Shown here: positions 25,301-38,449 of the stretch, piece after piece
Layout: every line of letters starts with the position of its first letter
How positions within the stretch are numbered: the stretch's first letter is position 1
Assembly (NCBI GenBank): GCA_043228905.1
Contig: JBHGNT010000020.1
Location: 5,766,001-5,830,000 of the forward strand
DNA length: 64,000 nt
Origin: Azolla caroliniana
Lineage: Eukaryota; Plantae; Polypodiophyta
Reading direction: 5' to 3'
The notes under the pieces: generated by a model
The model's database searches: none
Told to the model about the DNA's origin: nothing
The model's input: only the letters and a program-made list of their open reading frames with translations
Program-made: the position numbers and the translations under genes

Positions 25301-27048
25301 TAATTCGGACTCTGGCCGGAATCATGATCTCTCAACGGCACTACATCCTCAACTTGTTATACAAGTTCGGGATGGCTGAGTGCAAATCCGTGGCAACCCT
25401 GCTCGATCGTAATCTCAAACTAGATGCGAACTCCGGCACCAAAGCATGTGAGCCGACTACGTATGAGCAACTCATCGGGAGTCTCATCTACCTCACAATC
25501 ACTCGACCCGATCACTCGAGGGGTACACAGACGCCGATTGGGCCGGCTACAAAGCAGATAGAAGATCAACCTCCGGATTTTTTTTCTCCCTTGGCAGCGG
25601 AGCAATATCTTGGAGTAGCAAGAAGCAGCCTACCGTCACTCTTTTGAGTACGGAGGCGGAATACAGGGGTGTAGCCATAGCTGCGTATGAAGCCGTTTGG
25701 CTCAAGAGGATTTTGAAGGATCTAGGCGTACCCATCAAGGATCCGACTTCCCTTTACTGCGACAACATGAGCAGTATCTATCTGGCTCGAAATCCGGTGT
25801 TCCACGCGCGGACAAAGCACTTCGAAGTGCACTATCACTTCATCCGAGAGCGTGTTCTGGCTGGCGATGTCGACCTACAAGACATTAGCACCAATCTTCA
25901 AACGGCCGACATCTTCACTAAAGCCTTAGGAGCCGACAAGCTATGGCAATTCATGACCGATCTCGGATTGACGATCCCTGACCTGCCAAGCTTGAGGGGG
26001 AGTACTGAAGACACTACGCAATAATGCGTAGATTCCACAACTGCGCACTACGCAATAAGCAGCGAAGATCCGATCTACCGCGCAAAGTCGTGAAGAAAGA
26101 CGCAAGCCGAAGCACAGACTTCGTAACTATGCACAACGCAAGTTTTTTTAAGATTGCTTAAAGTGTGCGGCACTTCATCGAGGGTTGTTTGGGGTGGACT
26201 CAAGTTTAGATCTTATTTGTATGTCTAAACATAAGTAGTGATATAGTTTTAGAAGAATAGAAAAGTGAGGGCGTGGGTGGGGGTTAGGGGAGTGTAGCTT
26301 GTTGAAATTATCAAAAGTATTTAAACCTAATCAAAGTTTTTAGAATATATTAAAGATCATTGGGATAACTTAAGTTATTAGACAACAATAACGTACTATT
26401 AAAACACCAATATAGAGTATTATTAAAACGGGACCACACGCTTAGATGAACAGGAGTTGTTTAAACACACGCTTAAGCAAACACTTAAAAGAAAGATTAT
26501 TATAAAAAATAAGAATAAAAATAAAAATAGAAAAGAGAGATTGAGATTAAAAAATGATTATGGTTAAGAAGGGATTATGATTAAGGGGGAAGGGGTTGCT
26601 AAACAAAGTACTTAAACGAATGTTTAAACAAATATTTAGATAAGAAAACACTTGGGCAAACACTTAACGCAAGGTTAGGATTAAAAGAGAAGGGAGGGAT
26701 TATGGTTAAAGAAAAGGGGTCATGGTTGAGAAGAGAATGATTATGATTAAGAGAGGAGAATACTTAAACAAATGTTTAAACAAAAAGTTAAACCTAAAAA
26801 TGATTGAACAAGTACTTAAAAAAAAGGGGTTAAACAAGTACGTAATAAAAATGTTTATTAAACAAGTACTTAATAGAAAATGATTAAATAAATGCTTAAA
26901 AACTTAAGACAAAAAAAATTTTGATAAAAAAGTGATTAAACAAGTACTTAATAAAAATTTATTAAATAAGTACTTAAGAACTTAAGACAAAAAATTAGAT
27001 AAGAGCAACACATAGAAGGAAAGAAAGTTTTACTATCATAAGGCAACG

Positions 27049-27094
27049 ATCGGCAAATGCATTTCGCCTCGATGGAGGCTCTTCAGTGCCCGAT
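27049..27094 (-). ncRNA. Minimal type I hammerhead ribozyme
   Basis: AUCGGGCA-CUGAAGA-GCCUC-CAUC-GAGGC-GAAA-UGCA-UU-UGCCGAU: conserved core, stems I and II, palindromic stem III. Confidence 0.8.
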
Positions 27095-27893
27095 GTACAA
27101 ATGATGAAAACTAAGCCTACTAGGTTGCTCTTTTTATAGGGAGAGGGAGGAGAGTCCTTTGTATGTGGGACATACAAAAGTGTGTACAAAGGGAAGGTAC
27201 AAGAGTGTACACAAGACTTTAGGTGGGGGTTAAGAGGGGTGAGAGTACATAAAACATTAGGTGGGGGGAAGGGTTTTTGCGGTGGCTTAAAGCGTGCGGC
27301 ACATCATCGGGTTGGGTTTACTTGGGTTTTCTTAAGTTTAGATGCTTCTCGTATCTAAACTTAAGTTTTTAAGTTGGGGATGGTGATAGGGGAAGGGGAT
27401 ATGTGGGGAAGGGAGGATGTTGATGGAGGGAAGAGGGGATCTAGGGCAAGAGAGATTTAGATCAAGGATAGGAGAAAGTTAGATCTAGGAAGTAAACGTT
27501 TTTTATAAATGAAGGGAGAAAGGAGTGAGTGTGTATAGAAGAGATATTGGGAGATTGTTAGGGAAATTATTATTAAAGAAAAAACATGAAAGGATTAGAT
27601 ATTTAAGTGGATGCTTAAGTGAATAAAAATTAGTTTAACAAGTGTTAAAGCAAATATTTAGACTAAAGCAAATATCCAAGGTTGAGACAAATAGATTGCT
27701 TAAAATAAGTGCAAACAAGATTCTTTAGACGAACCAAGTTAGCAAAACTTAAGACAAAAAAAATTTTGATAAAAAAGTGATTAAACAAGTACTTAATAAA
27801 AATTTATTAAATAAGTACTTAAGAACTTAAGACAAAAAATTAGATAAGAGCAACACATAGAAGGAAAGAAAGTTTTACTATCATAAGGCAACG

Positions 27894-27939
27894 ATCGGCA
27901 AATGCATTTCGCCTCGATGGAGGCTCTTCAGTGCCCGAT
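27894..27939 (-). ncRNA. Minimal type I hammerhead ribozyme (second copy)
   Basis: Identical to 27049-27094. Confidence 0.8.
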
Positions 27940-30900
27940 GTACAAATGATGAAAACTAAGCCTACTAGGTTGCTCTTTTTATAGGGAGAGGGAGGAGAGT
28001 CCTTTGTATGTGGGACATACAAAAGTGTGTACAAAGGGAAGGTACAAGAGTGTACACAAGACTTTAGGTGGGGGTTAAGAGGGGTGAGAGTACATAAAAC
28101 ATTAGGTGGGGGGAAAGGATGCGTGTACTAGGTGGTTTCTTAGTTTTTTACCATTTAGCCAACACGTGAGAGGGGGTGTAAGGGAACTGTATTGTGGTTG
28201 TCCTAGAAGGGGTTTAAGTTTGTTTCTCACGAGCGCTCCGATTTGGAGTTTTTTGATACATGGGGAGTATCGAAGCTTAAAAACAATGGGTGGAGGTTTT
28301 TTGTTGTTGGGTTGGTTAGAGAGTAGTTGGTTTCGTATGGAGTAGGGGACGGTCGAAAAACACTTGAGTAGGAACTTCGATGGGTAGCCCCTAGCTCTTA
28401 GGCGGTCGTAGAACTTTTTGCGTAGTTCCATGTAGCCATTTTCCGAGCTCTCCCGGATAACAACGCAAGTTGGAGCACGGATTCCGCAAGTCCGCATAAA
28501 GCGAGTCGACGCGGACTCCGGAACGTGAGTTAAAGTGGATTTCGGATACCGTCTAAAACCGACCCGACTTGAGCTTGAGGGGGCGTGTTGAGAATCAAGC
28601 TCAACTTGGTCTAGTGTGTGAACTCACCTTGAGAGTGAAGAGACACTCCAACGGTCAAGAGTCACCATTATGTCACCACTTTGTATTCTAGCATTTAGTA
28701 TGAGTCATAGAATCATATTCTATGACACATAACTTATGAGTTTTCACATTCCCCATGCTCCATGAGTCTTGTAGTTAATGAAGAGAGAGGGTGACTACAT
28801 AAAGTACCCTCCTCCTACCTTGTAAAATGTTGAGTCTTTCTCCTTTGTCAATATACTTTTACCTTGTGTATTCTCTGTGTTTCACTCTCTCTCTCTCTCT
28901 CTCTCTTACACACACACATAACTCACATCTCTTCCGGTTCACAAGAATCCATCTCTTGATTCTTTACAAGGTTCTTCCACCATGAATACTTAGACGTTAA
29001 ACAAATGTTCAGTGTGAAGCTACACCCCCGCCTACGACGGCAATGCCTTCATAAGGTCGGCATTTGTGGTGGATGATAATGTTAAGTCCGATGGTCTTTG
29101 GAAATATGAATCTTGGTTTCAACGTGCCTTCAGAGATGGAGAAGTATGGGACCTACAAGATCAAACATTCACAATGTGGGAGAATAAGGAGGTTAAGGGT
29201 CAATGACAAAAGAAATGTAAGGTAGACCCTCAATTGGAATTAAAGACACAAGCGGCCAAGAAAATTGATTTAACTATTCAAGAAGCGGCCAACAACATGA
29301 AGTTTTCTCTATGGAGAGCAATGCAAGGTATTGAGGAGGAGGACCTTCTTGTATCTGTTTTGTCAAGGGTTGTGGCAAAAGAATTAAGCCTTGAAGAAAT
29401 GATCATTGAGTTCAATAAGTAAGTCTTTCAATTAGTTAATTGAACTCAATATGGTCCAATCGAAATTTCTAATATCATTTTTTGATTTGACAGTCATAAG
29501 GTTTAGATGAAGATCCAAGAAGTTATGATGAAACAACTTGGATGCATAACTTGGGAACAAGTGACCGAGGACTATCCTCTAACGTCTTCATATAAGGCGT
29601 TATCCGAGTATTTTATTGCATTCAAGGATTGGGTTAGTATTGGTGTTTTTCATATAGTTTTTCTTATATGTGGAGGATTTGTAATAATACTTGATGTCTT
29701 ATTGCCTCTATTAGAAACCTTGTCATGGCAAGAAACCAGGAGAAGTCAAGGATATACACGATTTTCTGACATCCTTCCTTGCACATCTCCAGAGAGCCAG
29801 AAAAGAAAAGGATCATCGCTTAGTCAAGGTGTACTAAATTGAGGAAGATGACCCCTTCAAAAAATTTAGCCACAAGAAGGATATTACTAGAGAGCTTTTC
29901 TACAACGTGATTTGTGGCGATGTCATTGAGATGAACGGATTTTGAATGGTAGGGCCATCATACGACGATGAACCTTTTATGTTCAAACAATTAGAGAAAA
30001 TGGTCAAGGATTTTGCTGAGCTGATGACCTCATCCTTGTGGAGGATAGTTGTCTTTCATAGTATGGACGAAGGATACTCGGTAGCTCAAGCTTTGCGATC
30101 CCGCTGCCATGGCATCGAGAACCTTGCATGGTAAGGATTATTTATAAGTCTCATTTACTATATTTCTTTCTTAACATTGTTGAGTCTATTCTTAACTTGA
30201 TACAATATTTGTTATAGGATAAAAACAAATGTCAATAGAGGGCTACTGAATATATTATGGTTCGTAAATGCCATTGAATATATTGCGGTTGGCTACTTCG
30301 ATGAAATAAAGAAACAAAGAATCAAGGAGCATTCAAATGAAGTTGGAGGTTCAAATCTCCTGGTATATCCAACAGTGACACGGAAATTGCGACATGTAAC
30401 CTCGACTGAATAGGGACTTTTGAACCCATACCAAAAACCTCAACGACTTATGATGTGCCTAATCGAGATGTTCTCCGTTGAAGGAGATTGGATATTAGAC
30501 CTGTTTTCTAGCACAAATATTCCTCGAACTAGGTTTACGTTGTTGGGATAACCAATACTGATTCTTATTTGTTTGAAAACTAATTCTTCTTATTGCTTTC
30601 TTCACGGGGACAACATCAGCATGTGCATTGAAGCTCTTCAAAAACACAATTGCATTGGAGAAGGATGAGGAGCAGGTTGTATTTAAAAACATGAGGATTA
30701 AGGCTTTGTGGGAGTGCCCAGACTAGGATGAGGAGGTCGGTGCAAAGCATGTCGCTGATACCAAACTACTTCGCAAGAGCCTATTCCTCCATTAGCTAGG
30801 GATCTGGGGGAGCTAATTGAGCTTGATGATGAGCTTATAGAAGATTTTATGGTGGCTCGGCTATTAGGGAAAGACAATGCACGTATAGCAAAAGAGACTT

Positions 30901-33272
30901 CTATAAGAGATGAAGAAGATAATGGCATGGATGATTTAATTGCTATGTAATAGACTCTTTTGTTAAACGAAATGTAATGTTTTGAATTCACATTACTAAT
31001 ACAAATTTTGGGTTCTACTTTGTGTACTCCATTCTTTATAGTCTTCTATATGTTTCAATTTTAGTTCTATATACTTGGTTTGTTGACTTATGACATTGGT
31101 TTCTCCATATGTATTGCTGACTACCAATATGGAGAAACATGAATTAGTTTACATTAAGGCTGATTGCAGTCAAACTTTACCTACACATAACATTCTCGTA
31201 GAATTGTCGTCATGACTGTCCATGTTATTATTTGCGATCAATTGTTAAGAATGTCATTCCATGTCTAATATATTATGGATCTTTATGTTCTATTGGTAAA
31301 ACTATTATGTTTCTCTTCTATTGCTACTTACATTGTGTAGTGTGTTGATAATGGTCCATGCCACGTTGTCCCATTAGTTGCACGACCTTGGAGCACACCT
31401 CTTAGCAATATCCGCCTGTTTTTATACGCTTGTAGTCCACTAGCGTGTTTGTTCGGAGTTTGATCCCATGCGAATCACCTAAGGAATAGACTAGATCAAT
31501 TTTAAATACAAGTATTGTCAAGCTTAATTGGTTTGTTTTTTCCATCACATTATCCTAAAGTTTACTGTCTTACATTGTCCACAATTATATACATACGATT
31601 TTATCCCATCCGAGTAAACTAAGGAATAGATTAGATCAACTATAAATACAAGTATTAAATACCTTACCAAGTTTGTTATTCCAATTACATTATCCTAAAG
31701 TTCACTATCCTACATTGTTCACAATTATATACATACGAGTGTGGGTCAAAATATAAATTATAACTCATTTTATTAGTTTGGTTACAAGTACACCTCATAT
31801 TTTTGCAAAACTTACCAAAACAATCAAAGTCTTTAATTGAGTGTTTGACATGTCGCACAATAGTGAGATATTCTGCCATTATTGAACTTTATTATAATGG
31901 CATTAACTTATCAGCACATCCAAACTTAGTTGAATTTCTAATGTTCTCCACTCAGAGACCTGTCATGTATTTTTATATTTGCAAATTCTAATCAAGTTCT
32001 GGAACATGTGATATTAGTGCATCCAAATTTTGTAGAGAGGGTATATTTGGATATTTTGAAGAAGAATCAACAAGTTTAACATGTTCGCGTTTAGAAGTGG
32101 AAGGATCACGCTTTCCACTTTTAGATTCCCTTTATAGTTACACAATTTGAGCTTGTTGTGAAATATGACGTCCACCAGTATCACATGATAAACCAGAGAG
32201 GGTGAATTTATTGATTTATTAATCGAATACATCTCTATACCGAGAGAACATGTTATTTATTGGAGAAAATATAAATGTACTAGATTTATTCTTGCAATGT
32301 TTACAAATTTAGGGTTGGTTTTTACCGCGCATTCATTTTATACAAATTAATTATTTGACTAAAGCATTAACAAACAGGAATTCCATTTTCGCGAGATGTA
32401 AAGTGCATAGGTTTACAGTGGTTAAACTTTCCAAGAGAGGTGTATATGCTATTTGAGAAATTGATATTTACATATTATTGAATACAATATATAATGACTA
32501 ATAGTTAGTAAAGATCATTAGGATATAATACCAAATGTATATGTTCATAACAACACATGAAAATTAGAAGTAGAAAGCGTACTCATAACTATTAGTTTAC
32601 ATTACATTAGACATACAAGAATATACCCAAAACATATATGACTATTATTAAGGTATAGACAGTGCTAAATTTTTGGGTGCCATAATAGAGATAACTCTTT
32701 GATATTAATGTTAAAGCATGTATTAAAATTTTCATTTGGTTGTCTACACATAAACACTAAATCAAGAGGTTAAACACATATATACAAATGGAGTAATAAT
32801 AATCTATACAGATCACACATTGATAGCCCTCCATACATCTAGTCCAGACAACCATCAAGCATAGAAACATGATTATTGTTGTACAATCCCCTCTAATAAA
32901 ACAAATACTCCCCAATATCTACAAATGCATACTTCAATCCCAGTAAATGTTATTTATCATAGTTATTCTATAAGTATAACAAATTCAAAAAGTGATTAAC
33001 AATAGCAAACATGGAACGAAGTTTTATAAACACAATTTATGGGTAAATATGAAGAATGAACATACATTTTCTTTGATCTTAACTATATACTTAGATGATA
33101 GTCCAACAAATTTAATAAATATGTGCCACAAGATATAAACATAGCAACACATCAATTAAAACATAATATAACACCATATAAGAAAATAAATTGGATCATA
33201 TTAGGAAATAGAATTGATTAAAAGGTCTTTGATCAGAAGTAAATCCATTAAAAGTTTTTTTATAAACTCTAA

Positions 33273-36200
33273 CTACATCGCTAGGAGAGTATCCATATCA
33301 TTGGATTCATCATCAATCGGTGAACTATTATCCACATTTAGCACAGTAGTATCCACTCCAGATAGACTCGCTACCGTGGGGTCTTCCGTTAAGTCATCGT
33401 CAAGCTCTACAAGTTCACCAGGTTCACCAGCCAAAGGAGGAATCGGTTCGCGAGAGGCCGGCTGAAAACATTCAGTATCTGCCATATGTTTGGCCCCTAC
33501 CTCCTCATCTTGATCGGGGCATTCCCAAAGCGCACGAAGCCTCATGTTGATGAAGTTCACCTGCTCCTCATCTTTCTCCAATGTGACCGAATTTCGGAAA
33601 AGCTTCAAAGCACATGCCGAAGTGGTGCCTAAACACCATAAATAAGAAATAATCAATATTATCATAGGTCTAAATATCAATAAAACCTTCAACACATTGG
33701 GAAAATTATTTAACCATTTACCTGTGCCAGAAAAAACAAGTCCAATATCCAGTCATCTTCATTCAAAAACATCTCCACAAGGCGCATCATTAAATGTTGG
33801 GGCACCTGGTAGGGATTCACAAGCCCGTGCTCAATCATGGTCCTATGTCGAAGCTTCCGTGTCACGGCTGGATATACGAGCAGGTATGAGCATCCCACCT
33901 CATTCGAATGCTCCTTGATTCTTTGCTTCTTGATCTTGTCATAATAACCAATTGTTATATATTCCATTGCGTTGACGAACCGAAAAGTCGGTCCCCTGTT
34001 TACATTGGTTTTAATCCATTGAGAAAAAAGTTATAGTAGTTTAAAATATAATATATAATTCCTATTGAAATACAATGCTTTCGATAAAATCCTTACCAAG
34101 CAAGGTTCTCAATTCCATGGCAACGAGATCTCAACGCTTGAGCCACGGAATATCCCTGATCCATGCTATGAAATATTACAATTCTTTACAAGGAAGCGGT
34201 GGTCAAGTCGGCGAAATCTTTTACCATTTTTTCCAACTGCTTGAACCTAAAAGGTTCGTCATGGTAGATTGAACTAGCCATACGAAAACCGTATGGAATA
34301 TCAGCTACCATTAACGTATACTCTTTCTTTGGCAGCTTTTGGATCATGACAGCCACATCACCACAATAAACATTGTAGTACAGATCTCTGGTGATGTCTT
34401 TTTTGTGGCTAAACTTCTTGAAGGTGTTGTCATCTTCCACCTGAAATGCCCTTACCAAGCGTCGATCCTTCTCTTTTCTGGCCCTTTCAAGATGCGCAAG
34501 AAAGGATGTTAGAAATTCATGTATATCCTTTATTTCACCAGGCCTCTTACTCCGACATGGTTTCTAAAAAAAATAAGAAATCAACAAAGTTATAGTGATA
34601 CATGAGATGGACCACCACAAATTGATCAAACAAAGAGTTATACTCACCCAATCCTTAAATGCAATGAAATATTCCGATAACGCCTTGTACGAAGACGTTA
34701 TCGAATATTTTTCAGTCACTTGTTCCCACGATAAGCAACCTAGTTGCATCATCATCACTTCTTGTATTTTCATATAGACTTTGTGGCTAAAAATTTATAA
34801 ACCAACATTAAAAATTCATTTCTTAAAACAAGATAAACCATAAAAAATTTAGTAAGACCTTACTTGATGAACTCTGTAACCATTTCCTCTAAGCTCAGCT
34901 CCTTTGCTACAACTCTTGAAAGCACATATATAAGAAGTTGCTCATCTTTGATCCCTTGCATTGCCCTCCATAAAGAGAGCTTCATATCATCTCCCGCTTC
35001 CTCAATGGTAGGTTCAATCTTTTTCGCAACTGAGCTCTTCAATTCTAATTGAGGGTCAACTTTCGACTTCTTTTGTCTTTGACCCTTCACTTCCTTATAC
35101 ACCCACATCGTAAATATTTGATCTTGAAGAGCCTAGACTCCTCCATCCCTAAATGCGAGTTGAAACCACGACTCATACTTTCTAATTCCATTAGACTTCA
35201 CCACATCGTCCACCACAATTCCCACTTCATGGAGACATTGACGCCGTAGAGCTGGATGTAGTTTCGCTCCAAATTTGGTTTTCCCGCCGAGGTACTCGTG
35301 GTGATAAAATGTAATGCATTCGATGGAGGACATCTTCTGCCGGTAGTCATTGTCATTATTCTGGTTCCATGCTAACAACTTCGCCTCCTCAGTTGTTAAC
35401 CCCACATAAATTTTGCATTCCGCATATTTGAAGAAGAACATTGGGGGATGCTCACGGACTAATTGCCGTCTGGCCTCCGCCGAGTGAGATCGTCGAATCA
35501 CAAAATAATTGTATTGGTCGTGCTTCTTAATATCAAAATCCTCTAGCTTAGAGCACTCAAGAGGATCCACCATTACAATAAAAGGCACGACCGTTGCATG
35601 AGGATTGATTTTCATCTTCTTCTTTAAATTTTGGACGTGCAGCTTATGTGGTTCCCTAATCTCCAAAGGGCGACGTCCTGTATTCTCATCCAGAGGGGGG
35701 CGATGAATATGGGTTATCGGAAGGTTAAAAACTTGCCCCTTCCGCACAAGTTTTCTATGCATTAAGTCCCTTCTAATTCTTTTTTGTTCTGATGAGAACA
35801 CATCAGATGCCAACTTTGCTCCTAGTGTAGCTTGAGCCTCTTCATCCTCTGTTGAATTCGATGACTCAGAATCTAACATTCTCGTCACCTTCTTTTTTGG
35901 AGGCCTGGACTGCACCACAGATTTCCTTATTGGTGCTTTAATGGGCGATAAGCAGGCTGTCTTCAAATTAACATGACCTTGAATATATGGCCTCGGTGTT
36001 GTTATTAAGTTAGTACTTGTCTCAATAGCATGTCAGAAGGATTCTAGCCCGCATGAATCCTTCAACAAGTAGTCTTTAGAGACCATCATCTGTCAGACTC
36101 CTTTTGTATAGTTGACTAATACAATCAAATTAGTTGAGTTTGCGTCTTCATAGTCCAGCCGCAAGATTTTGCCATAGCTAAATGCACGACCTTGAGCAAG

Positions 36201-37642
36201 CATACCACGTCCAGCCAGTCTGATAACTAAAAGTACTACTTTCTTTTTCGAGTCTACATATTGCATTGCCCACTCATATCCAATTAAGTCTATGTCTAAC
36301 TCGTCCTCACTTCCTCCAACCGTGGCAGATGTTTCCTAACTAACCTCGTCAAACGGCTGCCTCATGACTTCGTCTTCAAACATGAGTTTCTTTCCCTTTT
36401 GTGGATATGTCACAATAGGGATCTTTGTGGTGTCTGGAGGTAAGGTTGGATACTTAATCCGAATTCTGTTGAGTGGCCTCTCCTCCTTAGGATCAGTCGA
36501 CCTGCATGAAATAATACAACAGATGAACCTAAACCTATAATCTCTCAAATGAAAATGTATTGTAGTCCAAAAAAAGCGATAACAAAAAATAGTTTGGCCG
36601 TATGAAGCTCTTGCCTGACGAGTAGTGTAGTGGAGAAAGTTTTGTATGGCATGTCAAATTATATACAGTATGCAGATTGGTAGTATGGAACGCCAAATTA
36701 GCAATCCAGTATAGCTTTGGATTTGAAACCTAGGGACTGGACAGAGGAAAATGTACATTTAACGTCTCATAGTCCACCAGACAGTAAAATTAGTAAGATT
36801 TGGTATCCCCAACAGTACCTAAATATCAACTTTATTGACCCAATTTGACCGTATTTTGACCTAATTTAGGATTTTTTAACCTATTTTTACTACTTATTTT
36901 TTGTCTAATGTGTGTTATGACCCCCAACTCGATACTACATATCGAGTTTTAGCCTGGGAGCCACAACTCGATACGCCGTATCGAGTTAAGACCCCCAATT
37001 TGATACGGAATATCGAGTTTAAGCCCTGGGAGCCACAACTCGATACGTCGTATAGAGTTAAGACCCCCGCGTATTGAGTTTTAGCACTGGGAGCCACAAA
37101 TTGATACGGCGTATCGAGTTAAGACGCCCATCTCGATACGCCGTATCGAGTTAAGACGCCCAACTCGATACACCGTATCGAGTTTTAGCCCTAGGAGCCA
37201 CAACTTGATACACCATATCGAGCTGTAACGAGTTGGGAGGCATAACTCGATACGGCGTATCGAGTTATGTCCCCCAACTCGATACGGTGTAACGAGTTAT
37301 GTCCCCCAACTCGATACGTCGTCTCGAGTTGTAGCCCTAGGATCCACAACTCGATACGTCGTATCAAGTTATATTCCCCAATTCGATACGGCGTATCGAG
37401 TTGTGACACCTAGGGCAACAACTCAATACGGCATATCGAGTTGGGGGACATAACTCGATACGTTGTATCGAGTTATGCCTCCCAACTCGTTACGGTGTAT
37501 CTAGTTCTAGCCTTAGGAGCCACTAGATACGGCATAACGAGTTCTAATACGAAATATAAAGTACGTAGATAGTCATATGTCTGTATAGTTTAGGGTTTAG
37601 ATCCTACCTGATGTCAGAATAGGCAGTCTTTTTGCAAGGCAT
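33273..37642 (-). pseudogene. Spliced ParB-like plus beta-class DNA methyltransferase gene (copy 2, full span)
   Basis: Exon 1 is 37642-37608 and intron 1 is 36502-37607. Motifs MVADIPYGF, NPYQVP, WILDLF and GTTSACALK, then an acidic tail to the stop at 33273. Several premature stops and one frameshift. Confidence 0.87.
36926..37543. repeat. Array of 17 palindromic 23-mers in intron 1 (copy 2)
   Basis: Starts at 36926, 36965, 36997, 37037, 37098, 37130, 37162, 37202, 37244, 37276, 37308, 37348, 37380, 37420, 37452, 37484 and 37521. Confidence 0.93.
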
Positions 37643-38449
37643 GATGATCGTGTCGGTTCGGGGATGCGTGAGGTATCTTGGGAGTTCTCGCATCTGTGCT
37701 TTGGCGCTCTGGAGAGTGGTTACGCTCAACTGTGGGGAATGAGAAAGAGAGGTCGGTTCTAGTTAAGGGAGGGGAAGGGACCATAGTTAAAAATGTAACC
37801 ACGGTTAGAATTAAATGCCGATAGTGCCTTTAGCTATTTATCTTAGAATTTGTATTTATTATTATCATAACATAATGATTATCTTTATACTTTATGTGTA
37901 ATATGATCATTATGATCTAGTAGTTATGATTTCATACTTATGTGTATTATGATTTAGTACCTATTATAATCTAGTACATATGATTTAATACATGTGCAAG
38001 GTCAGTCCAATGATTGAGTATACTTATCTACATTTATGGTAGTCTAATGATTTTGATTTTGAGAACATTCACTAATTGGGTGAGGATAGTGGTATTATGC
38101 AATTATGTCACGTGGACACGTGATCAATTTTGATTTATAACTAATAGAAATATAGAAAAAATTATATACTAAAATATACAAAAAATATATATATATTTCC
38201 TTAGAATTCTATTTGTAGTTTAAGTATGTCTTACAATTTGTATGCTTAGGGAGTGAAATATAAAGGATATTAGAACCTCAAACAATGGGAAATAATTCAC
38301 CCTTTTCTGTTGAGGAATATCAACTATCATCGGATTCCTCACCTTCTCTGGGGTTTTCGGTAGAAGAATACCATTGGTCTCAAGATTCTAATTTCACCGT
38401 TGAGGAGTATATAATCTTCGACAGTCTAGTCAATATGACAAGATGCCTT

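Larger units (their letters stand above)
26145..28459 (-). mobile_element. 5'-truncated Penelope-like retroelement with tandem direct repeats, inserted in the copia 3' UTR
   Basis: RT C-terminus FYDRLRARGYP..IVFKLRYSP..KKLRNHLVHASF*. Two ~370-bp direct repeats 845 bp apart. Candidate 12-bp TSD acaacgcaagtt at 26133-26144 and 28460-28471. Confidence 0.7.
22000..28968 (+). mobile_element. Ty1/copia element with both LTRs (22000-22398, 28586-28968), internally decayed
   Basis: TG..CA LTRs are nearly identical. PBS tggtatcagagc at 22399, PPT gagggggcg, 5-bp TSD AGGTT on both sides. Gag, integrase, RT and RNase H ORF fragments. Confidence 0.95.
21253..30950 (+). pseudogene. Diverged third copy of the ParB-methyltransferase gene, split by a copia insertion
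   Basis: RINPHATVVPFIVMVD..YFVIGGSHSIEAH..AWDHNNDNDYRQK, resuming at 28974. Same intron positions (29419-29493, 29633-29714, 30131-30217). DIPY segment deleted. Stop at 30950. Confidence 0.85.

Noticed and set aside
26995-28034. Duplicated 64-aa ORF as a small gene pair
   Set aside because: By-product of the PLE direct repeats. The hammerhead RNA explains the conserved segment.
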